Made by a program: the position numbers and the translations under genes. Positions 14,912 through 27,700 of a stretch of 64,000 bases of DNA are shown here, piece after piece (within the stretch, counting starts at the first letter, position 1; every line of letters starts with the position of its first letter). The stretch spans positions 45,632,001 through 45,696,000 of the forward strand of contig OZ024743.1 of the NCBI GenBank assembly GCA_964016885.1. The letters are read 5' to 3'. The notes beneath the pieces were generated by a model. That model was not told where the DNA came from and searched no databases. It worked only from the letters and a program-made list of their open reading frames with translations. The stretch comes from Eledone cirrhosa. Taxonomy: Eukaryota.

Positions 14912-15795
14912 GATATTATTTATAGTTATGTATATACTATAAACAGGAAAGGTCAGTAACTATTACTACCTTATCACCAGTAAGGGAAATAGCTCAATGT
15001 AAGAACATCAGGTGTTTAACAGAGCAGGAATATAAATTACACAAATATCAAAGTTATGTTCAAATCATTTAATTGCTGACAATTGTTTCTTCCAAACTTT
15101 CGTTTGGAATCATCGGAGCATTATCAATGTTTGTACATATAATTAACCCCCTATTCAACTGAACAATCATATAGATACATATATATATTGATGTTGTGAA
15201 CAACAGTTTAGTATTTACAGGGTGTAATAGATGCTACATATATTATACGTGAATTGTACAAAAATTCAAATTCAAATTAAAAGCACAGAGTGGAATACAT
15301 GCAACAGATAATACAAGGGAATAGTCTAATAATTAAAGAGGCATTGAAAAAGAATGAAGACACTAGCAGTACATATTCAAGCGTGTAGAGAGTGCACATG
15401 CGTTAGTCATATATATAACTAACGCATGTGCACTCTATACTCAGTTGAATATGTACTGCTAGTGTCTTCATTCTCTCTCAATGCCTCTTTAATTATTAGA
15501 CTATTCCCGTGTATTATCTGTTGCATGTATTCCACTCTGTGCTTTTAATTAGAATTTGAATTTTTTGTACAATTCACGTATAATATATGTAGCATCTATT
15601 ACACCCTGTAAATACTAAACTGTTGTTCACAACATCAATATATATATGTATCTATATGATTGTTCAGTTGAATAGGGGGTTAATTATATGTACAAACATT
15701 GATAATGCTCCGATGACTCCAAACGAAAGTTTGGAAGAAACAATTGTCAGCAATTAAATGATTTGAACATAACTTTGATATTTGTGTAATTTATA
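14910..15795 (-). mobile_element. Foldback hammerhead element with ~375-bp arms, in (TA)n
   Basis: Arms about 15031-15407 / 15418-15795; tail 14910-15030. HHR 15703-15756: TGCT-CCGATGA-cTCCAAAC GAAA GTTTGGAa-GAAAC-AATT-GTC-AGCA. Confidence 0.85.
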
Positions 15796-15827
15796 TATAT
15801 ATATATATATGTATGTATATATATATA

Positions 15828-16463
<636 letters not shown>

Positions 16464-16470
<7 letters not shown>

Positions 16471-17875
16471 AATTAGTATATCTACTAATATATATATACA
16501 GATGTATACCTATGCTAGCAAATATATAGGTTTTGTCTTAGTAACTTTGTGGTTCAATGCTTGGGGATGCAGAACAATAATATGAGAGACGTAAAATAAG
16601 AAAATTATAAAAATTAACTTACTTAGTAAAATTTCACTCCAACTAATTAGTTTCTGAAAGGGAATAAACATAGTTTCCGAAGAAACGTACGGAGAAGCCT
16701 TTCGTCATCAGGGAAGTCTATTCTCAGCTAAGTTTCCAGGCAATACGTGGACACAGGGAACTTATACAAAAATAATGCAGTGGATGGAAAAACGCAAAGC
16801 GTGGACTAAGTTCCAAGCCATTGAAAAAATCACTGCCTACTGCGTCGGTGGCAAATTCAAAGGAATCAATCACGTGACATCGAGGTCAATCAGTGAAGAG
16901 TGGTTTGTTAAGAAGACAGCAGCCGGACCGTTACTATGAACTATAGTAGCAGTTTTGGCCAATTTTGGCTCGACAAAATAATTTGGACATAATTATAAAG
17001 AATTAGTATATCTACTAACATATATATACAGATGCATACCTATGCTAGCAAATATATAGGTTTTGTCTTAGTAACTTTGTGGTTCATTGCATGGGGATGC
17101 AGCACAATAATATGAGAGACGTAAAATAAGAAAATTATAAAAATTAACTTACTTACTTATTATTTTTGTATAAGTTCCCTGTGTCCACATATTGCCTGGA
17201 AACTTAGCTGAAAATAGACTTCCCTGATGACGAAAGGCTTCTCCGTACGTTTCTTCGGAAACTATGTTTATTCCCTTTCAGAAACTAATTAGTTGGAGTG
17301 AAATTTTAGTAAGTAAGTTAATTTTTATAATTTTCTTATTTTACGTCTTTCATTTTATTGTTCTGCATCCCCATGCATTGAACCACAAAGTTACTAAGAC
17401 AAAACCTATATATTTGCTAGCATAGCTATGCATCTGTATATATATGTTAGTAGATATACTAATTCTTTATAATTATGTCCAAATTATTTTGTCGAGCCAA
17501 AATTGGCCAAAACTGCTACTATAGTTCATAGTAACGGTCCGGCTGCTGTCTTCTTAACAAACCACTCTTCACTGATTGACCTCGATGTCACGTGATTGAT
17601 TCTTTTGAATTTGCCACCGACGCAGTAGGCAGTGATTTTTTCAATGGCTTGGAACTTAGTCCACGCTTTGCTTTTTTCCATCCACTGAATTATTTTTGTA
17701 TAAGTTCCCTGTGTCCACGTATTGCCTGGAAACTTAGCTGAGAATAGACTTCCCTGATGACGAAAGGCTTCTCCGTACGTTTCTTCGGAAACTATGTTTA
17801 TTCCCTTTCAGAAACTAATTAGTTGGAGTGAAATTTTAGTAAGTAAGTTAATTTTTATAATTTTCTTATTTTACG

Positions 17876-17884
<9 letters not shown>
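16464..17884. mobile_element. Retrozyme-like element: 530-bp unit in tandem and inverted arrangement
   Basis: 17161 and 17691 begin near-identical units. HHRs at 17218-17299 and 17748-17829 (+) and about 16635-16717 (-). No ORF; (TA)n flanks. Confidence 0.85.
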
Positions 17885-17912
<28 letters not shown>

Positions 17913-18276
17913 ATATTATATATTATATTATATTGTATTATATTACATTATATTATATTATACTCTATTATATTATATCACTGAATTACAGAAAGTAATA
18001 AGAAAATTTGCGTTAAATATCCTAACCTGCTGTTATGTTCTTTAATATCAATTTCAAGCTTGCCCAAAAGCCACCACATGCAAATTTAGTCAAGAATATT
18101 TATTATAAAAGAAATATTAAAGATTGAGCACGTCTTATACTGGCCTAGCAGTATGCTGATATTAAAAACACCTGTTCTATAATTAATTATAATTATAATG
18201 TGTTATTTAGTAATGTATATAAAACCTTCATGAATTCTTTCTCGAGATGAGAATTTACTAAACGTAAATATTTCAT

Positions 18277-18308
<32 letters not shown>

Positions 18309-18360
18309 TGTATGTATGTATGTATGTATGTATGTATGTATGTATGTATGTGTGTATGTA

Positions 18361-18966
18361 GGTCACCAGTTGGTGCTACTGGTAACATGTATCCCAGTAC
18401 AACCTGTCCCATGGTCGAATCGTTGGCGACTAAACTGGCAACCCCACCAAGGTTTCTTGGTGAGGAGGATGACTTTGGACATCCTGCAGGACTAAAAACA
18501 AAACCTGTCAAAGGGCAAAGCAGCTCTTAAGAGTCAATGGCCATCCAAAATCACCGGGAGAGATGACCTCTTAGCCTTTGTCAAGGCAGAATTCTAGGAG
18601 AAGGAAAACTCTGATATAACACCTGCAACCCTGATGGTATCCAATGATGTTGAATTGTTCTTCTTTTTGGTAAATATCATCTTGGTTAAGAGAGTGGGAC
18701 TGACCTTGTGCAGTGCCTTTGCTCACTATAAAAGCTTCACGGCACAAGTATTGCTTTATATCTGGAGATCTCTCTGCACTTGTCGTCACATGGTACCATG
18801 GGCCCAGCACTATATGTCAATAATTGTCACAAGTGTAGTGTTTTTACCAGAGTTTTCAAGTCGCTGGCTGGACTAAAACGTCACACTCGTTCAGCGCATC
18901 GGTAGGGGTTCTCCTACATGGATATAAAGTAGTGGCCGTACTCGAAAACGAGTTGGCAGCCACCAT
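18361..18966 (+). mobile_element. Non-autonomous RTE-like element family C (~600 bp, (ATGT)n tail)
   Basis: Starts GGTCACC, contains CTAGGAGAAGGAAAACTC, ends in CTCG-AAAA-CGAG hairpin plus (ATGT)n. Minus-strand copies at 36818-37235, 37341-37480, 41718-41870, 51137-51738 and 57209-57732. The RTE link is inferred. Confidence 0.7.
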
Positions 18967-18985
18967 GTATGTATGTATGTATGTC

Positions 18986-19894
18986 GGGTCACTCTTGGGT
19001 GCTACTGGTAACATGTAACCCAGTACAACATGTCGCATGGTCGGGTCGTCGGCGTCTAAACCGGCAACCCCACCATGTTTACTTGGTGAGGAGGGTGATT
19101 TTGGACACCCTGCAGAACAAAAAACAAAACCTGACAAAGGGCGGAAGAACTCATAAGAGTCAACGTCCATCCAAAAGTGTGTAAATATGTATATACACAT
19201 GTACCGCGTGGTTAAACCACTGGGAGTGAAGGACCCCTAGCCTTTGTCAGGGCATTCTTCTAGGAGAACGCAACTCAGGAAACTGGGATAACTCTGATAT
19301 AAAACCTGCGGCTCAATAGTTACTGATGATGTTCATCTTTTCTTCTTTTCGGGTTATAGCTACTGTCGCTCAGAGAGTGGGATTGGCTCAGTGCACAGTC
19401 TTTCCTCACTTTAAGAAATATCTTCACTCACTGGCATTGCACGATAGAATTAATTAATAATTATTAATAATGGTATATCGTGCAATGGCCATACTCGATA
19501 ACGAGGGGGCAGCCATCATTTATGTATGTATGTATGTGCGTGTGTGCATAAGTGTATATATGCGCGGGGACATAGAAATAATCGGGCTGGATATCCGATC
19601 CTGCAGTTAAACCACTGGGAGTGAAGGACCCCTAGCCTTTGTCTGAGCATTCTTCTAGGAGAAGGCAACTCCGACATAAAACATGCGGCTCAGTAGTTAC
19701 CGATGATGTTGATCTTTTCTTCTTTTAGGGTTATAGCTACTGTCGCTTAGAGAGTGGAATTGGCTCAGTGCACAGTCTTTCCTCACTTTAAAAAAATATT
19801 TGCGGACAGGCATTGCACGATGAAATTAATTAATAATTATTAATAAAGGTATATCGTGCAATGGCCATACTCGACAACGAGGGGGCAGCCATCA
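18986..19894 (+). mobile_element. Sister family D (two tandem copies)
   Basis: Homologous 5' end (GGTCAC...GGCAACCCCACC), same central motif, 3' CTCG-ATAA-CGAG plus (ATGT)n. Also at 58310-58592 and 47716-47755(-). Confidence 0.7.
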
Positions 19895-20619
19895 TGTATG
19901 TATGTATGTATGTATGTATGTATGAATATGTGTGTCTATGACGTAAAGGCGCGTATACTACTAGCTGAGAAATATTGGGCTCACGATTATAAAGTTGGAG
20001 ATTTGATTCTCACAATTAATGATGCATTGTGTCCTTGAGCAAATCATTTCATTTCATTTCTCGTTAATTGAAAATGAGTACCAGTGACAGCTGTATAATA
20101 GCTCTTAGATACACTGACATTCGGTCTACGGGGAGAGCTTTTGTACTCTGTTGCTTAAATGCCATGAAAACAGGAGAAATTCTGGGCTTCGTTCAAACTT
20201 TCCGTGCTCTAGAAAATGTCTTTGCATGTGTTCTAACTCCCTACCTTCTGAGTTTTAAAGCCTGATATATGGTATTTAATAATGGAAACACCGAGAGAAA
20301 CACAGTTCCCTTTGTTCGATCCCACCATCGGCTCTTGTTCTTCCTTCTAGCCCTTTCATTAACATATTTATAGTGAAAGAAGCTGCTTATAATTTTCGGA
20401 TCAATTTGAAAATCAAGCATTTAGAGGGATTTAGTAATATAACTTACATTCTCGTTATCAAGCTGGAGTTTGGATCATAATCAAATATTCCTACATAATA
20501 TTTTGATGGAAGTATTTTGATTGAAGCACTTTCTTTGTCTCATAGAAACAGGGAGAATTTCTCGCGGTTTTGTGTCAAAGGGTTTAATAAAAACAGAGCC
20601 TCTTTTTATGTATGTATAT

Positions 20620-20637
20620 TTTATTTGAACATTTATT
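20620..20637 (-). promoter_or_regulatory. Tandem AATAAA polyadenylation signals
   Basis: TTTATT at 20620-20625 and 20632-20637, about 55-70 nt downstream of the stop codon. Confidence 0.55.
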
Positions 20638-20690
20638 AAAGATGATTCGAGAAATGGATTTAGCCAGATAGTTAATATAGTGAATACATA

Positions 20691-21689
20691 TTAACATTTC
20701 TTCTTACATCGCTCAAACGATGGTATGATTTTTGAGGGTTTGTCTGTGTATTTCCTAGCCGAACGACACATATCGTCACAACTAGCATAGCGAAGATATA
20801 CCGGATCAACTTCAGATAAACCTTTATATGAAGGTTTATTAATGGGCATAGATTTATATTGAATCGTGTTATCAATCTCGACACGCTGTATTGCACCAAA
20901 TCTGTAGTTTTGACACTGCTTCTTCAAAATGTTGTAAAATGTATTATTTGTATTACAAGAAGGGGGTCTCATGCATTCTCCAGTATCAGTATCAAAGTAA
21001 GTCATCTTACTATTCGTAGCTTGGGCACAGTCAATTGGCAAGCAATTCTTGTTGTTGCATATCCAGCCTGTGTATTTCATCCCCGTATGCTGAAGATGAT
21101 ATCCTTGTGCCGATGATTCCTCAGGCATATCGGGCTCATCCTCTCTCTGCCTAGATTTTGTTTTAAATGGAATTATACACATCACCTCTGATCCTTCTTT
21201 TTCATTTACTGCGTCAATCTTACAACGTCCTTTGAAAATATGAGTCTCTAACATTAAATGGAGACTAGCATACAGCAGAGTTACCGTTTTACGTTGTCTA
21301 CCCTTTATGATGTATGTACGCTTCCCGATTAAAACTATAGAGTTGCAGCGCTCTGCTTGACTAACTTTTGTAGTTGTCATTTGAAACTTTCGCACACAAC
21401 ATTTGTGTCGTATCGAGACAGTAACAGGGGTTCTTAAGTTGTTCTGTAGTTCTAACTCAAATATTATTGCAGGGCTTTCAGGGGCCAATGATATTGCATG
21501 AGCTTTGTAAACATGAATTGGATCTATCGGTGAATCATCCCCTGAGGGGGACTTTAGTCTTAATTTTGGGGGGTCCCTAAATCCCAAATTGGATAGTTTG
21601 CGATTTCTTTTTAAAATCTTACACGAGTTGGCTGATAGATATTTAAACATCAAAACTATCATGAAAAACCTGAAATAAGTGCAAACCAT
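20691..21689 (-). CDS. Intronless, putatively secreted cysteine-rich protein (332 aa), unknown function
   Basis: Only long non-repeat ORF. Hydrophobic N-terminus ending LSA-NS, Cys-rich module C..NC.P.DC....YFD..TGEC..PPSC....FYN..KKQC, upstream CRE and downstream AATAAA. Confidence 0.75.
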   Translation of the reverse strand: MVCTYFRFFMIVLMFKYLSANSCKILKRNRKLSNLGFRDPPKLRLKSPSGDDSPIDPIHVYKAHAISLAPESPAIIFELELQNNLRTPVTVSIRHKCCVRKFQMTTTKVSQAERCNSIVLIGKRTYIIKGRQRKTVTLLYASLHLMLETHIFKGRCKIDAVNEKEGSEVMCIIPFKTKSRQREDEPDMPEESSAQGYHLQHTGMKYTGWICNNKNCLPIDCAQATNSKMTYFDTDTGECMRPPSCNTNNTFYNILKKQCQNYRFGAIQRVEIDNTIQYKSMPINKPSYKGLSEVDPVYLRYASCDDMCRSARKYTDKPSKIIPSFERCKKKC

Positions 21690-21743
21690 GATTCTTATTA
21701 ATTCTTATACGTGTTTCTTCTAATATGTCTGGCATTGTGGGCA

Positions 21744-21797
21744 TAATGACGTCATTACACGGATTATGTCACAAAGTAATATACATAATATCACGTG
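21744..21797. promoter_or_regulatory. Proximal promoter: CRE in a 14-bp palindrome plus E-box
   Basis: TAATGACGTCATTA at 21744-21757, 55 nt upstream of the ATG; CACGTG at 21792-21797. Confidence 0.55.
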
Positions 21798-21943
21798 GTA
21801 ACAATATGTTTATATAAAGTGACAGCTTACTTTTCCTTCTTCCTTTCTTAATTCTTTTCTTTTTTCTTTCTTTCTCTTCCTGTATTTATATCCTTTTCTC
21901 ACTCTCCCTTCTTTACCACTTTCATTTTTTATCACTCTCTCTC

Positions 21944-21981
<38 letters not shown>

Positions 21982-22761
21982 CCTCTCTCTCTGTATGTAT
22001 GTATGTATTTGTGTGTATGTGTGTGTTTCACTATTATACACTTTACTCAAATGGAAAAGAGTGAGGAACTTCGTCGAGTGACTCTGCAGAGAATTCACAT
22101 TTACAGGTCCTCCACAAGATCAATGTCTTTGGCTGCCATATATAGTAAAGGTAAGGTTATTTCCTGCCAACATTGAAGAAGGCCAATGAAGGCAGTTCAC
22201 TGGCATAGATATCTCAAAGATATTATATACCAAATATAAAACAGAGTCAGTTGATGTTTTACATAACCAATGAGCCGAATGTTAAGCGGTAGAATATCAC
22301 AGGCAAAATATAGAGATTCGATCAATATAATTGATGCTGGTGTTCGTTAATGTAAAGGAAAGGAACTGTTTGACAGATCACCATTGATACTTGCATTGCT
22401 GATATTATTGGGCAGGAGACGGTACTTGAACTCAGAATGTATAGAGCCATATCAGATACCACAAAGCGCCCTGCCAAATTACCACCTCTGGACTAGTACT
22501 TTCAGCCAAACAAGGTAAAAGGCAAAGTTGAACTTGGTGAGATTTGAACTAAGAGTGCAGAGAGCCAGAACAAATTCAGAAGCAGTTAATCCGAAACCCG
22601 AACAACTCAAATCGCTGCCTTTCGCTTATTAATATAACCAATATTAAAGGAGTGAATTTCAGATTTTTTGTCTATTGTTAAAAGCTATGAGTAACAATTC
22701 CACTGTGCTGCAAATATTCAATAGCATTACATTTAAGTTTTGCAATAATACAAGCCCACAA

Positions 22762-23035
22762 GGCGCGTGGCTTAGTGGTTTGCGTATTCGGTTCATTACG
22801 CTTTTCGTATCAGGTGGCGCATTGTGCCCTTGAGCAAGACAATTTATTTCTCGTTGCTCCAGTTGGCAAAAAATAGTTATGCCCATAAATTGGTGTGTCA
22901 TGCTGAATCTTCCTGAGAACTAGGATAACTATGTACGTGTCTATCGAATGTTTGACCATTTATACGTTAATTTCACAAGTAGGCTGTTCCGTTGTTTAAA
23001 TAATTGAGGCATTCGTCGTCGTATAGGACGGAATT
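22762..23035 (+). mobile_element. tRNA-derived CORE-like SINE family B
   Basis: GGCGCGTGGCTTAGTGG head and GTGCCCTTGAGCAAGACA core. Related copies at 19960-20090, 23661-23840, 40870-41010 and 43557-43862(-). Confidence 0.8.
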
Positions 23036-23942
23036 CTGCTAATACAGGTCTATTATAATGCTCTTCCATAATCTGTAAGATTCGCTTTCTACTATGAAGC
23101 TTTTAGTCATTATCATTACTAAATATAGGTATCTGAAGGTATTTTAATTGATCATAACGGCTCCAATATATATTCTATCGATCACTTTTTGTTACCCCTA
23201 AAGAAAATGTCAAATTTTCTCGGAAAGAATAAAAATAGCGTATTTATTTACTGTTTCTTCATAGATGCCTTTTATTCTTATAGCCTGGTCTAATTGATTT
23301 TTTGTGTGGTTAATTATGCTGATTGGGAGTAGAGATGATGTATATATATTATCAAATAATTCTCTGGACATTCTTTACTCTATAGTATATATATAGAGAG
23401 AGAGAGATAGATAGATATATAGGAAAATAGCCAGGACCCCGACGGTAGAGCTCAAGCCGTTTCGACGGTTATTTCTGGAGTCCAGAAATAGCCGTCGAAA
23501 CGGCTTGAGCTCTGCCGTCGAGGTTCTGACTCTTTTCCTATTACCCACTCTACTACCCAAAGTATCGAGTACTCTGGTGCGTTATGGTCCACCTGGTTCC
23601 TTGCCACACTTCCTTCGTTATATATATATATTTAAGTTTTGCAATAATACAAGTCCACAAGGCGCGTGGCTTAGTGGTTTGCGTATTCGGTTCATTACGC
23701 TTTTCGTATCAGGTGGCGCATTGTGCCCTTGAGCAAGACAATTTATTTTTCGTTGCTCCAGTTGGCAAAAAATAGTTATGCCCATAAATTGCTGTGTCAT
23801 GCTGAATCTTCCTGAGAACTAGGATAACTATGTACGTGTCAAATTTTCTCGGAAAGAATAAAAATATATAAGTTCTATTGTTATGGGTTATGATTATCGT
23901 GGATGGATACTTAAATCTCAATAAATTGCGTTACCTGTTTAA

Positions 23943-24163
23943 CCCTTTAGCATTTACATTACTCTATATTTACTATTGTATTTTCATGGTAAAGGCTTTA
24001 TTTCACATAATTATCTGACATAATATCGAATCTACGAGATTTTAATATTATCTATTTTGAGAACAATACCTTAACATAAGTATGAGCAGCCAGTTATGGT
24101 GAGTTTGAACAGAAAGAAGTGAAAGAATTCTGGCCGGATATGGCCGGTTTAAATGCTAAAGGG
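23943..24163. mobile_element. piggyBac-type MITE
   Basis: TIR CCCTTTAGCATTTA with TTAA on both sides; opposite-orientation copy at 39055-39275. Confidence 0.9.
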
Positions 24164-24739
24164 TTAATATTGGGGCATGTCTAAAAATAGATTATGCAAG
24201 TATATGTATGTGTAAACATGCATGTATTAACAGTGCAATTATTACAAACATGGAAGAGCAAAATAAACGTGACAAACTATAACCAGAATAATATATTGTC
24301 TAATCGCAAATGAGTGGTAGAACGGTAGAATGTTATAAATGATGGTTTATTAGGTTTCCCAGATTGAAAAACTGAGGCAGTTGTGAGGTCTTATTTACAA
24401 TAGTTTATAACTATTAATCCGTATGGTGAGCAAATGGGGTCCCACGTGTTGGCCTCCCCACAGCCCCGGCGAACAGGATGGAGAAGGCGTTTCTCCGGAG
24501 GATGGTATGTAACATGTTATTTGAATGAGAGAATATGCATAATAAAACAGTCTTTAATTTTTTCAGAATTGAGTCTCTCGAAATGTTTGATACGGTTGAA
24601 AGAAATCACAATAAAATAATGGGTAAGAGTTGAGCTAATCTTTTGAATGTCAAGTATGTGAGTGAGTTTCTCGAATGATATTGATTCAAACTGTCCTTAT
24701 GCTGAAATTAGTGTATTGAGTTTCAAAAGCTGCAAATTT

Positions 24740-24920
24740 ATATCAGTTGAGTACATATATATAAAACTAAGTTGTATTTCTCCAGGAGTTTGTGTATCTT
24801 GTTTCGAATGAAATGGCTTTGGCTAGTGGTTGTGATCAGTTAATATAAAAATATTTTCTTTCTAGATAATGACGGAAATGCTTTTGGAATAGAGATGCAA
24901 TTTCTACATAGTTGTGAAGG
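24740..24920 (-). mobile_element. Gypsy LTR-retrotransposon RNase H relic
   Basis: Minus-strand translation KHFRHYLEENIFILTDH followed by frameshifted PLAKAI. Confidence 0.6.
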
Positions 24921-26340
24921 TAGAAACTGCTGAGTTCCAAAACCATGCCAGGCAGGCACTTTCAATTTTAAGTTGCTAAATTGTATCAACCATAGTCAAA
25001 TAATTAATTGATTCAGCATTTATAGTTAAAAAGTTTAAGACCAGGCAGAAATCTAATAGACACCAAATTACACAAAGTTCTTCTTATGAGCTTGTTTTTT
25101 TTAACTTAGAATTTACCTATTTTTCGTAGTAAGTTTAAAAGAGTTGTCCTAAGAACCGTCCTATACCAATATGGTACCCCATTGACTCCCTCGCGAGTTA
25201 CGGGTCCATATCATACCATAACGGTTTTTTTAATGTTTTCCACATTTAATGTAAAGATTGAGTCATCATTTATATATACGTAAAAATTATGTTTTTACGT
25301 AGCTGATCCAAAATAAGTGTTTCCCGTTCTAGCGTCGTTGTTATGCACCAATTTATACACGGATACCATTTAGATTCATATGTCTTTATCACCAATTTAG
25401 ATAACTAGGATGTTCTTCAACACGTTGACTCGTATGTGTATCTGTGTGTGCGTGTATGTATGTGCATATGCATACAAGTATATAAATAAAAACACGCAAA
25501 TACAGACACACAAAAATACACACTCACAGACATACATTCACGCAAATACATATACATTCACACAAACACACACATACATTCACACACACACACATAAATT
25601 TACACAAACACACACATACACATGCACTTACAGACAGCTTAATAAATGGAACGCCAGCTGCTATTTTGCTATAGTTTTTCCTCCATCTCCTTCCTTCCTT
25701 TTACACACAAATACATTCAGGCAGCAGACGTTAAGCAGGAGGAGTAGTATGAGGTGGTCAAACTGCCCCTCTCTCTTTACATGTTGTGACAAAATCGCAG
25801 AAATTAATATATAGGTTTAGAGATAAACTAAATTTTGTTCGCACGCCGTTAATGTATTTTTGTGAGGTTTACTACGTGGAAAAATCTCAGTAATAGCACT
25901 CAACGTGTTCTTTAATTTAGTTATTCATGTCGATCTTACTGAATATAAAGGAGAGCCACCAATTCTATTATGTTAAATATGTAGAAATAAAATCAGAGAG
26001 CCAGAAACACAATAGTCAACAAATTATAACACTAGAGTGTATCAAAGAAGTTAAATAAATTAGATGACTTATAAACGTAATTTGTAATATGTTCAGCGAT
26101 AACATTTCTATTTACGCCAACTAATAAACACAATAATTCTAACATTAGAAACATTAATCCCAATACAATAATTGTTTCTACGTTAGGAACAAGGCCAGCA
26201 ATTATCCAGTGTATTACTGGTACTAAGGTGGTGTGTGTATTTGTTTTGTTTTAAAAAATCTTGATTCTTCTGTACCTAATGACATGCAATATTAGTGTTG
26301 GAAGAATCCATTATACAAGCATTATTATTGGCTGAAAATA

Positions 26341-26538
26341 GGGCGGTGAATTGGCAGTATCGGTAGAGGGTTGGACGCCATGCTTTCTAGCATAATTACG
26401 TCCCTTTACGGTCTGAGTTCAAATCCCGTCGAGGTCAACTTTGCCTTTCATCCTTACGGGGTCGATAAAATAAAGTACCATTAATACACTGGAGTAATTG
26501 CTGGCCTTGTGCCAAAAGTAGAAACAATTATTATTATT
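26341..26538 (+). mobile_element. tRNA-derived SINE family A, full length
   Basis: A-box TGGCAGTATCGG, B-box GTTCAAATCC, core CTTTCATCCTTACGGGGTCGATAAAAT, (ATT)n tail. Confidence 0.9.
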
Positions 26539-26539
26539 A

Positions 26540-26908
26540 CTAGTAGAAATCCGTCGCTCCGCTGCCGGTAAAAAATATTTATTGATCATGTTATGACGTC
26601 ACCATATTTTAAACTATCTTTCACACACACACATACACACTCTCTCTCTCTCCCTCTCTCTCTTACTGAATTTCCTTCTCAACAACAATAGCTTTTCACA
26701 TATATATGTAGAAGGAGGGGGAAGTGGGAGGAGTAAACAGTTGTTGAGAGCGATATTAAAGTATGTCAATTTATTGAGATCACCGTATCTTTCACACATA
26801 CACTCTCTCTCAACAACGACTTTTCACTCCTCCCCTTTTTCCCTCCTTCTACATATGTTGTGAGGGACAGACAGACGGAGAAACATAGCTTCTCTTTTAT
26901 AATATAGA
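26540..26908 (-). mobile_element. Non-autonomous Helitron
   Basis: Minus strand begins A|TCTATATTATAAAA and ends with a GC-rich hairpin then CTAG|T. Confidence 0.8.
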
Positions 26909-27254
26909 TTGTTTCATCGTTAATACTAATATTTATTATTGTTTTATTTTACCATCGCCGTTACTGGTATTTGTGTAATTATTTTTGTGTTCAGTGTCGA
27001 CATTAATTAGCATTGTAATTATTTTGTTATTGTTGCTGTTGTTATTAAAAACGGTACCGATGTCGCTGTAGTTGATATTATGGAAATGCAATCACCACAG
27101 TGCCTGTTGAACCCAGAACGGCTAACACTGGAACAATAGATATTTGATGGCCGTAGACAGAGCCAGACAAATATGTACGTACAGAGAGAAATGACTACGA
27201 GGATAATACTGAGTGGATGTTTTATAGCTACAAACTCAACAAAACTGATAAAGC

Positions 27255-27700
27255 TTGAACGCCCTCAACGAGGTCATAAAGCATGGCTTAGATGCTTCAG
27301 GCTTCCCGTCCCAGCTCGAGCCGGTGGGGCTGGACCGAGAGGACGGCAAAAGGCCAGACGGTATGACCATCTTCCCGTTCCGCGGTGGCAAACCCCTCGT
27401 CTGGGATGCCACTTGCAGCGACACTTTCTCCAGCTGCGACTAACCCAGGTTCTGCTGCATTGCGGGCTGAGGAGGGCAAACTGCCCAAGTACCGATCGCT
27501 CTCCATGTTTGCGGTCGTACCCTTGGCAGTGGAGACTTCTGGTGTATTTGGCCCTAGGGCTACCCCCTTACTTACCACCATAGGCGCTGAGCTGGCTAGC
27601 CGCAGGTGTGATCTTCGCGAGATGGAATGGCTCTTCTAGCGCATCTCCCTTACCATCCTCCGGGGAAACGCCTTTTTATTTCTGTCCGCCGGGACTGTGG
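27255..27700 (+). mobile_element. CRE-like retrotransposon RLE endonuclease fragment
   Basis: [24 protein letters not shown] and K..KY...VPLAVETSGVFG...RISLTILRGNA; frameshift and stop. Confidence 0.85.

Noticed and set aside
17224-17275. Shorter hammerhead using the first GAAAC (17258)
   Set aside because: No stem I pairing; the GAAAC at 17281 gives consistent stems.
26341-26430. tRNA gene
   Set aside because: A/B boxes belong to a multi-copy SINE head; no cloverleaf.
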